The position numbers were made by a program, and so were the translations under genes. The notes under the pieces are model-generated. The model did not search any database and was not told the DNA's origin. It saw nothing but the letters and a program-made list of their open reading frames with translations. A stretch of 64,000 bases of DNA, taken from contig NW_027361788.1 in assembly GCF_039654945.1 (NCBI RefSeq), forward strand, positions 33,046,001 to 33,110,000, written 5' to 3'. This DNA comes from Dendrobates tinctorius. Lineage: Eukaryota. Below are positions 40,146 through 53,642 of the stretch, in pieces; the first letter of the stretch is position 1, and every line of letters starts with the position of its first letter.

Positions 40146-41067
40146 CAAACGACAGTATGTTCCCCTCTTTGTCCAATTTCATCTGTGAGCAGGAAAGTAC
40201 AACATTCACCGACAAATCACTGACATTAGTATTAAAGACAATATTGTATAAAAGTAATAAACTAAAAGCCCTATGTTCAGACACAAATTAATTCCAGTGC
40301 AGATTTTCCTGTGGATTTTCCCTCTAGCAGACTGCACACGGTAAAGGGAAAACGTGTGCTGAATCCATACCAGAAAAGGTGGGCCATATTATATGCACAG
40401 GGGATTATCTGGGAAACTTACCACGGAGAACACTGGAGCCACACTGGCCAACGTGGTCTGAGACGTGTCGGAATGCGTGTGCCGGGATAACGGACCTGAA
40501 ACACACAGGTTGAGAGTTACTGAACAAACACTGGCATCTGAACATCCATCATTAGGTGTGGGCTGAGATGTCGCTTGTTTCTAATGCTGGATCAATAAAG
40601 GATATTTGGATTTTAACACCAGAATAGATTTTTTTTCACCTATGATTTATGGATCGGGTCCAAAGGGCACTGCTGACTGCTGGGAATGTGAACTCCGATT
40701 TATGCTTTTTAATGGCAATTTCATTCATCCAACTTTCACAGTTCAAACAGGCGGCAGCGTCTGGACCAGGAGTGACCACCTCAGATTATGTGAGCGTACA
40801 CCGCAGCCAGCGAGAACGAGCGCCTATTGTACAGACCCTACCGACAGTCAAGTGAGCACAATGCGTCATTAGAGCGCACACAGTCATTCCTTCAGTGCTA
40901 TGCATCACCATTCCTTTACTCCGGCCAGGTATTGGAAAGTACGATACTAAAGTTGCTTGTTTATCCCCACCAGACTGGACAACCCCTTTAAACAGCCGGC
41001 CTACTTGTTGCCGGTGGTCTAACACTGCGTAGCGTAAGCGCTGTATAAGAACCAGTGCTGCTTCCTC
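40146..41067 (-). pseudogene. MRS2: Orphan internal exons of MRS2 (mitochondrial Mg2+ channel)
   Basis: Exon 40495-40422 (74 nt, PLSRHTHSDTSQTTLASVAPVFSV) and exon 40182-40146 (37 nt, MKLDKEGNILSF), both AG/GT-bounded, match human MRS2 SDVSQATLASVAPVFTV-TKFDKQGNVTSF. A phase-compatible 63-nt upstream exon 41067-41005 is possible but less certain. No start exon or later exons were found. Confidence 0.85.
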
Positions 41068-41169
41068 CTGTGTACAGAGATTACTGGGTGCAGGAGTACG
41101 GCGAAATGTGTACAAAACAGAGAAGACACCCGTGCTGCAAGGGGTTAACCGTCACCCTGGACTCCTGCT

Positions 41170-42201
41170 ACCTCTGTCACCCGTTATGTCTGTTCAGTGC
41201 TGGCGTCACCCCATCTGTCACAGTTATATCTGCTTAGTGGTGACGTCACCCATCTGTCACCGTTATATCTGCTCAGTGGTGACGTCACCCATCTGTCACC
41301 GTTATATCTGCTCAGTGGTGACGTCACCCATCTGTCACCGTTATATCTGCTTAGTGGTGACGTCACCCATCTGTCACCGTTATATCTGCTCAGTGGTGAC
41401 GTCACCCATCTGTCACCGTTATATCTGCTCAGTGGTGACGTCACCCATCTGTCACCGTTATATCTGCTCAGTGCTGGCGTCACCCCATCTGTCACCGTTA
41501 TATCTGCTTAGTGGTGACGTCACCCGTCTGTCACCGTTATATCTGCTCAGTGGTGATGTCACCCATCTGTCACCGTTATATCTGCTCAGTGGTGACGTCA
41601 CCCATCTGTCACCGTTATATCTGCTCAGTGCTGGCGTCACCCCATCTGTCACCATTATATCTGCTCAGTGGTGACGTCACCCCATCTGTCACCTGTTATG
41701 TCTGCTCAGTGGTGACATCTCCCATCTGTCACCCGTTATATCTGCTCAGTGGTGACGTCACCCCACCTGTCACCCGTTATGTCTGCTCAGTGGTGACATC
41801 TCCCATCTGTCACCCGTTATATCTGCTCAGTGCTGATGTCACCCCATCTGTCACCCATTATGTCTGCTCAGTGGTGACGTCACACATCTGTCACCCGTTA
41901 TATCTGCTCAATGGTGACATCACCCATCTGTCACCGTTATATCTGCTCATTGCTGACGTCACCCCATCTGTCACCGTTATATCTGCTCATTGCTGACGTC
42001 ACCCGTTATGTCTGCTCAGTGGTGACATCACCCATCGGTCACCCTTTATATTTGCTCAGTGGTGACGTCACCCATCTGTCACCCATTATATCTGCTCAGT
42101 GGTGACGTCACCCCATCTGTCATCCGTTATGTCTGCTCAGTGGTCACCCATCTGTCACCCGTTATATCTGCTCAGTGGTGACATCACCCCATCTGTCACC
42201 G
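41170..42201 (-). repeat. Second array of the ~40-bp minisatellite (about 25 units), inverted relative to 10760-13495
   Basis: TGTCACCGTTATATCTGCTCAGTGGTGACGTCACCCATC repeats. Confidence 0.97.
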
Positions 42202-42204
42202 TAA

Positions 42205-42555
42205 GGGTGGTTTCACATTAGCGTTTCAGGCAGCAGCGTCGGCCTGCGCACGGCCGACACTAAGCCCCGCCCCCCTGCCACACCTCCTCCGGTAGCTCCG
42301 CCTGTGGGAGCATGACGCTGCATGCAACCCCTATCTTTAGCACTGGGGACGCAGGCCGTGCGCAGGTATGCTTTTGGCGGCGCATGCGTCCTTTTGACGG
42401 TGCACCGAGCGCACCAAATTGCAACAGGTTGCGTTTGGCGCTGGTCGGCGCACCGTCAAAAGGATGCATGCGCCGCCAAACGCATACCTGCGCACGGCCT
42501 GCGTCCCCAGTGCTAAAGATAGGGGCCGCAGGCCGCATAGAGCGTCATGTGCCCA
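42205..42555. mobile_element. Truncated Harbinger-like MITE with a ~200-bp internal palindrome (42328-42525)
   Basis: TAA|GGGTGGTTTCACA start; CCCTATCTTTAGCACTGGGGACGCAGG... pairs with ...CCTGCGTCCCCAGTGCTAAAGATAGGG; absent from the left arm. Confidence 0.65.
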
Positions 42556-42559
42556 TCTG

Positions 42560-44914
42560 GAACCAATAAACCATGATGATTCCTATTCAATGACAACAAG
42601 CAGAGTGACAGTTTGAAAACTGTCATTCTTTTTAGTATCTTGCACCAACAGGATTTATTTAGCCATTGACCACGGAAACCTTCATCCGTTTAAGTGAAAT
42701 TGCAGCAGGACCGTGATATTATGCAACTTGAAAAACAGATGATTATTTTTATTCTTCCAAAAACAATGCCCCTTCTGTTCACAGGTCGTGTCTGGTATTG
42801 CAGCTGATCTCTATTTACGGCAATGGTGCTGAGCTGCAATACCGGACATGACCTGTGGTCAGAGATGGCGCTGTTTCTGGACTAAAGCAACTATGAGGTT
42901 TTTTTTTTTTTCATGCATGCATTTTTATACTGTCTGATTACTGCAGTATTGAGCAGAACTACCTCCAGCTTTGGTTTCTGGGATTCTCGGTGAATGACAG
43001 TCCTCTTGTTATACAGAGCAGCATTGCCGCCCCACATGGTGTCCCCAATTAGTAAGCCTTTTCCCTTCTGCACATGCCGTGTCTGTAGCCAAGTGTGACT
43101 CTGGAGGAATGGAATCGGGCCAGATTTATGATCTGCTTTAATTAGCACATAATTAATGTAAACCATAATGAACGGTTGGCACAGCGGCTCCGTTTGCAGC
43201 CAGAAACACGCTGCTTCAGCATTTTTTTTTTATCTTCAGAACATTTTTACTTTTATGAAAATAAAAATAGAGGCAGATAGTTTTTCTTTCCCCAGAATCA
43301 GCGCCACCCTTGTCTATAGGCTGTGACTGGTACTGCAGCTATAACCACAACCCCTCGGAGACGCAGCCAGTTTTGTTTTGTTTCTTCCTCCCCTTCACAT
43401 ATACCTGACATTGCTGTATGAGGGCTTATTTATTGCGGGTCGAGTTGTAGTTATGAATGACGCCATTCATCTTACCATACAATGCGGGATGAAAAGTGGG
43501 AAAAAAGTGCTGCCATTTTTTTTTTTACACTGTTCATTGTACATTAAAAAACATCTGGGACTATGATTCTCCAGGTCGGTAAGATCATAGCAATACCAAA
43601 CCTAAGGGTTTTCTAATTTTTTTGTGTTGAAGTGATTAAAAAAATTCTGACTTTTGTAAAAAAATATATATTTTTTTTATTTTTTTGGTGCCAGACTCTA
43701 CTTTTTTTCAATTTTCACATCGATGGAGCTGTGCAAGAGTTTATTGCGAAGTGAGCTATAGTTTTTATTGTAACATTTTGGGGAGCATTAGATGGTTTGA
43801 TAGCTGTTTTAGTACATTTTTTGGGAGATGGTCATTGAAGGAAAAAACTGTAGTCCTGCATTGCGCGGTGGGCGCTGAAACCACTGTACCAGTTTAGGTG
43901 CCACTGTTAGTCAATAACAGCTGCAATCGGAGCTAGCACTGGTCGCTGCTGTTGGAAGCAGGTGCTGGCTGTATAACACAGCTGATACCCACCATGTATG
44001 GAGCAATTCTACTTCCTGAGCCCCCCTGTGCCCGCTCCATACACCCTCATTTGTGATTTTCGGCTTTCCGGGACTAATATTGATTAGTTTTCCTAGGAGA
44101 CCGACCGCTGCTGCTGGACAACAAAACATGCACTGTGTTTGTAAGCTTGTTTCTACTGAGTTGTTTTGAAGCTGGCCAGCAACACTGGAGCGTACGGTTC
44201 CCTCCGACCACCACACCACTGCTATGTAGCTTGTAAGCACTGACCTGAAGCTGTGGCGGGATAAGGAGGTAACGACCCACTCCAGTGATCCCAGCCAGCA
44301 GGAAAGCAATGCTTGTAAGCATTGTGCATGTTCTGCTATCCAGCAGCAGTGGTCGGTCTCCAAGGCAACGATCTGTAAATAAAAAAAGTGTTAATATCTG
44401 AAGAACGGCTGAAAATGTAAATAAGCAGTAAATTGCAAATGTGCTTGTCCGGCAAAATCCATTTATGACGACGGGAAAAACTCCTTTAAATCAGGTGATT
44501 GTTGGGGGGTGCTGGGAGTCGGACCCTCATTGATCTGAAATTGATGGCCTTACCTAAGGAGAAGTGATCAAGCGTCCCAGAAACCTCTTTAATGTTTGAT
44601 TTTGGACTTTGCCCTCCAATCACAGCCCTCCAGCTCCCCAATAAGCCAACACGTTCCAACTAAGACAGAAACCGGGATTCTGCACCATAAACTTTATATC
44701 ACACACGTGAGACGTTACAGGTAACCAGCAACTTCCTACAGAAAGGTATAAATCTGACCGTAACATGATCACCTTACAGTTCAGCATTTACAGAAAAATG
44801 ATCCTTTTAAGTCCGTGTTCTGCCACCTGTGGCCCTCCAGCTGTCCCAGGGCATGCTGGGAGTGGTAGTTCTGAAATGGCTGGTCGGCCCCAGGTTGCAG
44901 ATCACAAATATAAG
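42560..44914 (-). repeat. Right arm (unique part) of the large inverted duplication, carrying the empty BEL target site
   Basis: Reverse complement of 1190-3032 plus 10244-10755; reads CTACAGA-CACGG-CATGTG uninterrupted across ~43071-43088. Confidence 0.95.
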
Positions 44915-45792
44915 ACACAGGAGGGCACCACTAAGTGAAAATAGGGATACTCCTGCAATCAGTATAAACAAAGACTGAGTAAAAATATAAGAGAAAAGCT
45001 ACTGACCAAAAGACCAGGGATCACCACAATAGTATAAATTTTATTAGGTACACATAGACAACACCATATAAAAGCAATTAAAAGTCATAGAAGATGACAG
45101 ATACAGAAACACACAAAGGGCTCATGATAAAGCCAAAAAGACACACCCCATGAGAGCAGAGTAAGTGGCTAAAGGATGGAGCATTTGAATGACACTATGC
45201 AATTCATATACACAGTCAAATAAGACACTGTACATAGATGGATAAATCCAATACTATTTGATAGTATGTACAAAAGACACCCATCTGGGACATATAATTA
45301 GCTATCAATGCCCATGGAGATAGATGGGCCACAATAATTCAGGTGAATAAACACATGTACTGAAATTCAGGAACATTCAAAAAATACAGTGTATAGAAAA
45401 AAAACAAACACATAAGTGAATCACTTTGAATGTCCATAGACATCACCAGAGGGTTAAAGTGCCCAAGATGTAAACAATTGCCAACAATGCCCATATAAAT
45501 GAGTGGACCTGTTACAATCATAAAGTAAAGCCACGTACAAAATCTGGGAAGATAATGCAGAAATACTGCAGGCAGGCTAGGAAACAAACAGGTTAGGTTA
45601 AAGATTATTATTATTAAAATAAAGATTATTATTAAAGCATAACAAAAGATAGCCTAGAAATAGAGTAAACAATCCTCTGAAGACTGCAAGAAATAAGTCC
45701 TGCCCGCATTGTCCCAGTATGATACCGCTCACTTGGGGGAGCTTGTGGAGTGTCCGACGCGTGTCGCCACCGCAAGGTGGCTTAGTCAGGGG
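44915..45792 (-). mobile_element. Probable Penelope-like element terminal repeat fragment
   Basis: Strongly A-skewed tract ending in a minimal hammerhead-like motif; it starts exactly where arm homology stops. Confidence 0.55.
45754..45792 (-). ncRNA. Degenerate minimal type-I hammerhead ribozyme motif
   Basis: Minus strand: CCC CTGACTA A GCCACC TTGC GGTGGC GACAC GC GTC GG; perfect helix II, two core substitutions. Confidence 0.55.
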
Positions 45793-47493
45793 CTGCTCTT
45801 TTAATTAATATTGTCCAAATATATTTATAAAAAAATGTTCACATCAGATCCCCCTGAGTTGAAAGCAGAGCTAAAAAGTTCTGTAAGTAAGATGCTAAGA
45901 TGTCCCCCGGCCCGCACCCACATACAATCCGTCTATGTACAGTAATGCTACAGCGAGTCTTGTAAACAGTTCAGTCTGTGCTTCTGACTCCATCTCCTCC
46001 TAGGAGGCCTGTGCCCAAAAAAAGGGAAATGTTAAAAAAAAAAAAAAGTGTGATTGAAACGATATTCCCAGGACCCATATCTACTACACATTTATGTCCC
46101 ACTCTGTAAATAAGATGGGAGTCCCTATATAGTACCATTGTCATGTAACCGTGACCCTTTAAGGATAGGTTTACGCGGTGCAGATTTTTCTACTGCAAGT
46201 TTCACCCCCGTCATACACTGGAAAAAGGAGGGTAAAATCTGCATGGGATTTTAACGTCTTCCCAATCAGGCGATTTTTAAAATTTTTTATTATTATTATT
46301 TTTCCATCAAGATGGCAGAATAAGGGCTGGTACAAAACTTTTCAAAAAGAATAGTTTTGTACTGCCATTTTTTTCTTTTACTTTTCCATCGACAGAGCTC
46401 ATTTTCTTGGTACCATTTTGGGCACCGTACAATGTTTATAGAGGGAGATGCGGCAACAACCAAACAAATGGAAATTTTGGTGGTGATTTTTTTCCCCCCT
46501 TTACCAGTACCGTCCTACGTAGGGAAGGAGCTAAAATCAGCTCCGCAGGTGAGTTTTCACGTGGGAAAATTCTGCGTCGTATCAGTAAAATCTCGTCTTC
46601 ATGCCCGATACTGTAATCCTCTGCGGAAATCTACACGTGAAATCTGCAGCTTCCCCTGCTGTGCGAACCTACTACCCTAAAGATGCCAATAGGGTTGTAC
46701 AAGACTTAGAAATTGAAGAGCTATCCTTAGGTACCTTGGTTTTCTAGTTTCAGAAATTCACTTTTCCCTCATGGCAGCTTTTTTTTTGTAAAAAAAAAAA
46801 AAATCGTGCATTACTCACCTCCTTGGTCCAGCACTCAGTCTCCGCAGCGCACCAACACTGCAGCCAGTAACTGAGCTCTGAGACTCTGCCCAAGTCGCTG
46901 GCACGAGCCGCTGAGCGCTCCACGCTGTGGATAATGACTGACACTGGGAGCTGCAGTGGAGACTCGGTGCTGGACCCAGGGAGGGTGAGCAAAGCTCAAT
47001 TGTGTTTTTTTAATTAAAATAAGCTATACTTGGAGGGGGGTTTCAAAACCGAATAATCCCATTAACTTCAATGGGAACTGAACGGCAATACCCAATAAGG
47101 GCCACTACACAGTGCATAGTGCTGTGCACCGTACAGTGCGGACCGGCGCCTGATGGCAGGTCTTCATCTTATTCCTGGACAACCCTGATGCTTTATAGAG
47201 GAGAAGCTCTTTCATTGCCGTGGCCGTCCTTTTCAGCAGCACAGTGGGTACCTCTACAAATTCTTGTACGGGGGTCTCGTTAATGACATTGGCACTTTAA
47301 TTAGCAGTTTCTTGTACGGATACTACATTCACTTCTGGCAGCTGAGAATTAATATTGGATTCTGTTCCTATCTGCAGGACTGCATGGTGCTGACCCTCTG
47401 CCCGCACTAATGTGAAGTGTGCCTCTGCAGTTCGCCTGTGTCCATGCTCTATGGGTGATAGGTTGTGCCCAGCGTTGCAGTATAGCATCAGGA

Positions 47494-49249
47494 TCACAGC
47501 TCATCCCGTGTCGCAGAGCGCAGCCCATGAGGCACGTTCCCCCGAGAATCCTTGAGGGTCTTCTGGGATCCGCTCCAGTCGGTCCGCACGTTGTCGTCAT
47601 CCCAGAGTGTAGACGTCTCGGTGTCGCTTTCCCAGCTGGGATCCCCGGTGTAGTGAGTGGGGTAAACGAGAAGAGGATGCACGGAGAAAACCTTCAGGTC
47701 TCGGATGGGAAAATGACTTTTATATTCCTTGCTGCAAAATTAAGAGAAAAAAAGACGTCAGGTTGGTAGATGGACACGGGATACTGAGGGACCCAACATG
47801 GTGGCACCTACTTTGGGTGCGTGTCTGACATGATGGGTAGGAACTCATCTACTGGGAGCATCTTAGAAAGGGGCTCCGCGTTCAGCAGCTTCTGTGCCCC
47901 CTGCAGGGAGATCATATAACACAGGGTCCAATAGGAGTAATCGGCCTCCACTAGGTTCCTCACGTTCTCCACCGGCTTCTCGGGAGCTGTGGTCACTTGT
48001 TTCCTCCCTATATATCTGTAATGGGGAGAATCGTCAGTTATCACTCACAGACGCGGGCACAGATCACATTGAATACACCGCCAGCGCCTTACATCAGGTC
48101 CCATTCAAGCTCTGCGCTGCGGACGTCACCCAGGAGGCGAATCATCTTTCTCTTGAAATAGGATTCAAAGCGGACATCGTCCTCAAACACCAGAGTCACC
48201 TCCAGATGCCGATCTGCAATCTGAAATGTGGGGGCAAGATTTTACTGCAGGAGGTGAAACAAATGTGCATTGTCTTCTACTCGCTATCGCCCCCTGTGAT
48301 TCTGCCAACAGGAGTAGCGGATGGGTGGTGACAACCTGGCTCAGAAATTTGATTGTCACTTGTCAAGACAAATTAGCAGCCGGACTCACAATACGGATTT
48401 CCAGGTTCGTTTGTATAAGAACTATCAGTACATGGCGACAACTCGCTCAGGGTCCATATTTAAAGGGGTGTTACCATGGAGTATCAGCGACCCTTTAATC
48501 CGGCCTCGTATCCTGAGCACGACCCCCTCCACAAGGGCCGTAAGGAATAGGACGGTCGTTTGTTAAACTACCCCTTTTATAGCAAGTTATCCCCCATCCT
48601 ATACGCTACTGATCATACTTATGGACCCCCAGTGACTTTGATAACAAGGCTCTACCCTTCTGAATGGGGTGAAGGTTGATCATATGCTCAACTCCTTACA
48701 ACAGCGCCATAGACCATGAATAACCATAAATTAACATTTTCGACCTCCACTACAGCCCTACAGACAGTTACTTATAGGATAGGGGGTAACTTACTATCTT
48801 GGCAATACCCCTTTGAAAATGAGGCCCTTTTCCGTACAGACTTCATAGAGCGCGTCGTGTTCAGGATAACCCCTACATGAGAGTAGAGAGCCGCCCGATA
48901 CTCGTGGTACCCCACTCGGAAGGACCTGCCTGACCATGTATCCATTGTACCAACGCTGATTTGCATGGCCGCCATCTAACACTATTGCCCCCAACAGCGG
49001 CTGGTTTCAGAAGTCAGACACCCGGCTTCAACATTCAACCCCTTCTTGAAAAGAAGACGTAAGGCAACCCCTTTAAATATACACCCAAAATGGCAAATCA
49101 GTTGCTGGCTACAAAGCAAACACAGGTGTTGGTGCAGCATCAGAGGTATCTGCTTAGGCAGCCTCCCCCATTAGAGTGTTATTTCCAAGATTTCACGTTA
49201 GCGCCGATCCATGGAATACATGATAACTTGCAAATCAATGGGGGCCCCT

Positions 49250-49284
<35 letters not shown>

Positions 49285-52200
49285 GAGGGGGGCTCTTTTG
49301 TCTCTCTGCATTTCAGGACTGCCAAAAATTGCTAATTCTCACCTTGCGTGGCCCCCTATAGATAATGAATAGAGCGGGGTCACGCATGTACAGCTAGCGA
49401 TTCTGATGAGGGCATTCCTGAGGTTTGTTCTCAGGGCTGAGACCCCCACCGATCTGCACGTTATCATCTGTCCTATGGATCTGTGATAACTTCAAATGTT
49501 AACATTAACCCTTTATCCATAAGCCCCCCACCCCTATAGACATTGCGATATAAGAGAGCATTAGATGTTACCTCTTTCCAGATTTTAAAATGGCTGAGGA
49601 AACAGCCCACCTCTCCTTTTGTGAGGGTCCGACCTGAGAATGGATCATAGAATCCCGGCAGCAGGTTCACGCCCAAACGCTTGATGTCGCTGCTGTTCAG
49701 GGCCCTATAGGAGACAGCACATCCAGTGATGTATGTACAGACCAATATAAAAGCGTGGCATCTGCACGACTGCTGCGCTCTGATGTTAGACTGCGCCGGC
49801 TCTACAGGACCTCGCAGAGCGGCTGTCTGATCTGATGAGCAGCGCAGGTTGCAGTCTACGCCGCTGACAGGTCTCACAGCATCCAGCCCTGCTTCCCCCC
49901 AATCAGGCCCAACGCTTGCTTCCCCCAGAGATATTCCTCTACTGTACAGTGCACAGCCCAGCTGCTGCAGAACCTGATAGACTGACGTTAAGTTCCTCAT
50001 TTTCCTGAATGGACAGGTTGCGCAGCAGCTGCCGAGCCTCTTTGGGGACCAAAGAGGAAAGCCATGGATATTAAAAAAAATCCTGAGTTATAATACTCAT
50101 ATGATGCATATCTATACAGGTATGTAAGAATTGTGTGCAAATATCACATTCTGTCCATTATACAGAGACAAGCGCCGGCTCTGTAAGGTGCAGCAGTGGC
50201 CTGAGATACATCACTTTTGTCGGAAGTTCCTTCTACTTGGTCAACCATCGATTGACATGTGGTTTTGTTTTCTGAAGTTCTTCAGCAGCTGCAGTCTGCA
50301 TTACACAGAACATAACACACCTTAGTTGCTGCAGAACCTCATAATACACGCCTTTGCTGCAAAACCCCATAATACACACCTCTGCTGCTGCAAAAACTCT
50401 TAATATCTAAGCTGCTGCAGAACCTCATAATACACACCTTTGCTGCTGCAAAACCTCAAAATATCTCAGCTGCTGAGGTCTTTTTAAAAGGACAAGGGTG
50501 CTTAATATTAATGAATTATTTTAGGTTTACTCGCAGTCTAAGATCCAATATGAGGTTACCTTCCATCCACGGCATCCACCACCCGGCAGGATATTTCTTG
50601 TTCATACAGGGATCTCTGCATTCTCTCGCGACGTTCAGGGCGACGGAGAAGATTTATGAGAAATACCTAAAGCAGATAAACAGGTGCATTACAGGAGAAG
50701 GGCTGGATGGGGTATCATACAGAGGTTGTTGGACCCCAGATCCTTTCTGTTAGCGCGGGGGCCATCTTCTTCATCCATCTATCACATCAGATTAATGGAA
50801 ATGGTGTCCAATACACTGAGCATCTCAGGAAGATCTCTCCTCCCGGACATGGACACCCAAAAACATACCATGTGCACAAACCTCATCAAATCCCATCTTG
50901 TCTGGTTGCTTTTCCGGCAGGGGCACGTGTGGGGACGCAGTGAATGGGAAGCCTTCCACTGAAAGACAGAAAGCCAAAGGTGAATGAGCAGCGGAGAGCA
51001 GTGACCGATATGAGTATCAGACCGTTCTTAGAGGATTCTCCTCCCCAGCTCCATCACAGAAGGCGATCACATTTAGAAAGATTCAAACTACCGCAAATTC
51101 CCATATTCTGAACGCTGAACAAGCAGGGGATGCTGGGAGATTTCAGCTCTGAAGCTGTGAATGCAGTTCCCTACTATAGCACAATTATTGTGGCTCATGT
51201 GTATGTATCTATGGCCACGACCTAAAGGCCAACATACACCATAACAATCCTCTTTAGATGGGTCGGTGCTCACCCATTGCTTCCAGTATGAGGTGTACAA
51301 AATTAAGCTGGTCATCTTCCAGGTCCTGGTGCGGCAGTGGGGGTACATTGATGTATCCGAAACGATGCTCATTGCAAACGTAACCTTGTACTCCTGAAAC
51401 AAAGAATGGTTACCAACCACCGGGAAAAAGCCACGTTAGAAAGACAGATGTCTTCCTATACGTACCGGACGCCAAACACGAGTACGCAAAAACAATAACG
51501 TCATCAAAGGTCCAGGTGTAATTGGGGTGAGGGGGGTAAAACGCCAGCTTGCTACTCTCTTCCTTGCGCAGGTCCAGCAGGAAGGTGGAGTGCACCATAG
51601 GGACAGGGAAGCAACCGATGCGCTGGCGGTTCTTTGTGGGGTAATAATCTGGGGTCCGGCGATAAAAGCCCTGACAACAAGAATGCAGATAATTACTGAC
51701 AACATTAGGGGTAACGTCTCGATTGCTGGGGAAGGGGGTTGACCACTGAGACCCCCATCGATCCTGAGAATCGGGGCTCTGAATCAGAGCGATGGTTGAT
51801 CATGCGCACTACCGCTCCATTCATTCTAACAGGAGTGCCGAAAAACAGCCTACTGCTCTGCTGTTATCTCAGGGGGTCCCAATAAGAATGAATGGATCGG
51901 TAATGCATATGATCAACCTGCTCTGGTTCAGAGCCCCGATTTTCAGGATTGGTGGTCGGACCTCCATTGACCCAGAAATTACTCCCTATACTATAGATTC
52001 CGAATAACTTCCAAACTTTAGACAACTCCAGTCTACCAGGGTCAAGTGAAAATGTTTGCATTATTGGTCACGTACCTGCGGAGTTATCCCGCACCAAAAG
52101 TTGGAGAATCCAGTCTGGGCATCCAACATGGGCGCTACCAGGGTCTTATTCAAAGCCATGAGCAACTGCACCGTCTGAACATTGGTCAGGACGTTGTCTG

Positions 52201-53642
52201 CATCTATGAACTGGAAGATGCCGAGGTTAGACTGCTCCGCTGCGTACAGCTTAGTGTCCTTCTGATATGGCACAGAGGCTGGTGGACAAGTATCTGCAGT
52301 GTACAGACCCCCCTCAGATCAAAATAGGAGATGACGCCATTTTTCTTCAGTCCGCAGCGCACATGTGAACAGCCCCCCAGACTATAACAGGCACATATTC
52401 TATCTGATAAGAAATCATGTCTAGAAAACATATGGGATCAGCGATGTGTGAATGAGGCCTTACCAGAATATAGTCGGCCTGGATCTCTCGGGCGTAATCC
52501 AAGGCCTCCTGTCTGAGCTTCATCACGTGCTCATAGCGCTCCTCAGGCCACTGTTTAGGACCAGTTTCTTCAGGATACCATCTGAAAAGAATAGAGGCAA
52601 GAATTAACCTATAGTAGCCCCTCCATGCACTGCCCAATCAATGCCGCCAAATAGTGCTCAGAAGCAAAGGAAACATTTTGCAAGTGGTCACATAGGAGCC
52701 GCCACATTGGGTCGGTGAGGTTAGATTGACCACAGGGACCCCCAATTAAAAGGGTCTTACGGCTTACATAAGTGTAAGACCTTAGATTTACTAGCAGCCC
52801 CCCTAGCTGTAAGACCATGGCCAGGAGGGGTTTCTAGGTACCGCTAGTAGAGCGTGTGCCCTGCGGCTCCAGCCTAGGTTTATGGCTCCGCAGCGCTGCC
52901 TTCATAAGTGCCATAGACTAAACGGAGCAGCAGCGTCAGACCCGTCACCAATGGCGCCCAACGGACCCAATACATGTGCGTCTTTGCTGGAAAAAAAAAA
53001 CTGCTGCATGTCGCGCTATTTTTTTTTTCCCTCTGCAACTTTGGAAAAAAATTACTCCAGGACAAGGAAGGAATTTGCCGGCCCGGCGCTTGGACCACTG
53101 AGCTTTATGGCGAGGTATGTGACTTATCTATGTAACATGCTCGGGCGTGCGGACGTCACCTGGGCGATTCCTGCGCTCTCCACACCACGGAGCGATACGA
53201 CGGCCGCACCGACTCCAGCCACCGTTGCAGCACCTTCAGGGTCCCGTCCTCATTGTGGTCGGTCACGCTCCTGCGCAAATGACAAAAATAACAGTAAATT
53301 ACAGCTCAAGGGCACCTACAGATGGCTGCCTAAAGACAGAGAACGGGGTCACACTGAGAAAAGTCAGACTTATGGCAACTTTCTGGTAGCAATGTGACCC
53401 CACTCGCTTGCACTGTGAAGGCTGGGAGTTGTAGTGCCTGCAGCAATGGCCTCTCACCAGATGGAGGTCCTCTCCTTTGGGTATTGCAACCTCTCTAGCG
53501 CCCCCAGGCTGTAGGGCAGCGCATGTGCGGCGTTACGGGCCAGTAGCGCAATGACCAAGGCGGGAGATGAGGGCTCCTCACCCGAGGACGGGAGCAGCAG
53601 CCCCGGGAGGAGAAGGAGCACGACCACGGCGGCGGGGGCCAT
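47494..53642 (-). CDS. CERCAM: Cerebral endothelial cell adhesion molecule (GT25 / COLGALT family), intact, 12 coding exons, 586 aa
   Basis: Exons 53642-53458, 53270-53160, 52581-52464, 52210-52076, 51670-51466, 51393-51274, 50958-50882, 50666-50560, 49704-49572, 48220-48093, 48015-47812, 47731-47494. All GT-AG, 1761 nt. Signal peptide, [32 protein letters not shown]-type WSGSQKTL and terminal RDEL. CERCAM, CFAP157 and PTRH1 share human 9q34.11. Confidence 0.92.
53421..53435 (-). promoter_or_regulatory. ZNF143/SBS-like motif just inside CERCAM intron 1
   Basis: ACTACAACTCCCAGC on the minus strand, 22 nt past the exon 1 donor. Confidence 0.45.

Noticed and set aside
40741-40853. Exon-like AG...GTGAG segment on the plus strand
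   Set aside because: No recognisable product or partner exons; it lies antisense within the MRS2 fragment.
45791-45808. Continuation of the inverted arm beyond the Penelope-like insert (weak match to 1164-1182)
   Set aside because: Only ~18 AT-rich nt with several mismatches; cannot be supported without sequence left of the window.
47494-53642. COLGALT1/COLGALT2 as an alternative identity
   Set aside because: The C-terminal WSGSQKTL motif and linkage to CFAP157/PTRH1 favour CERCAM.
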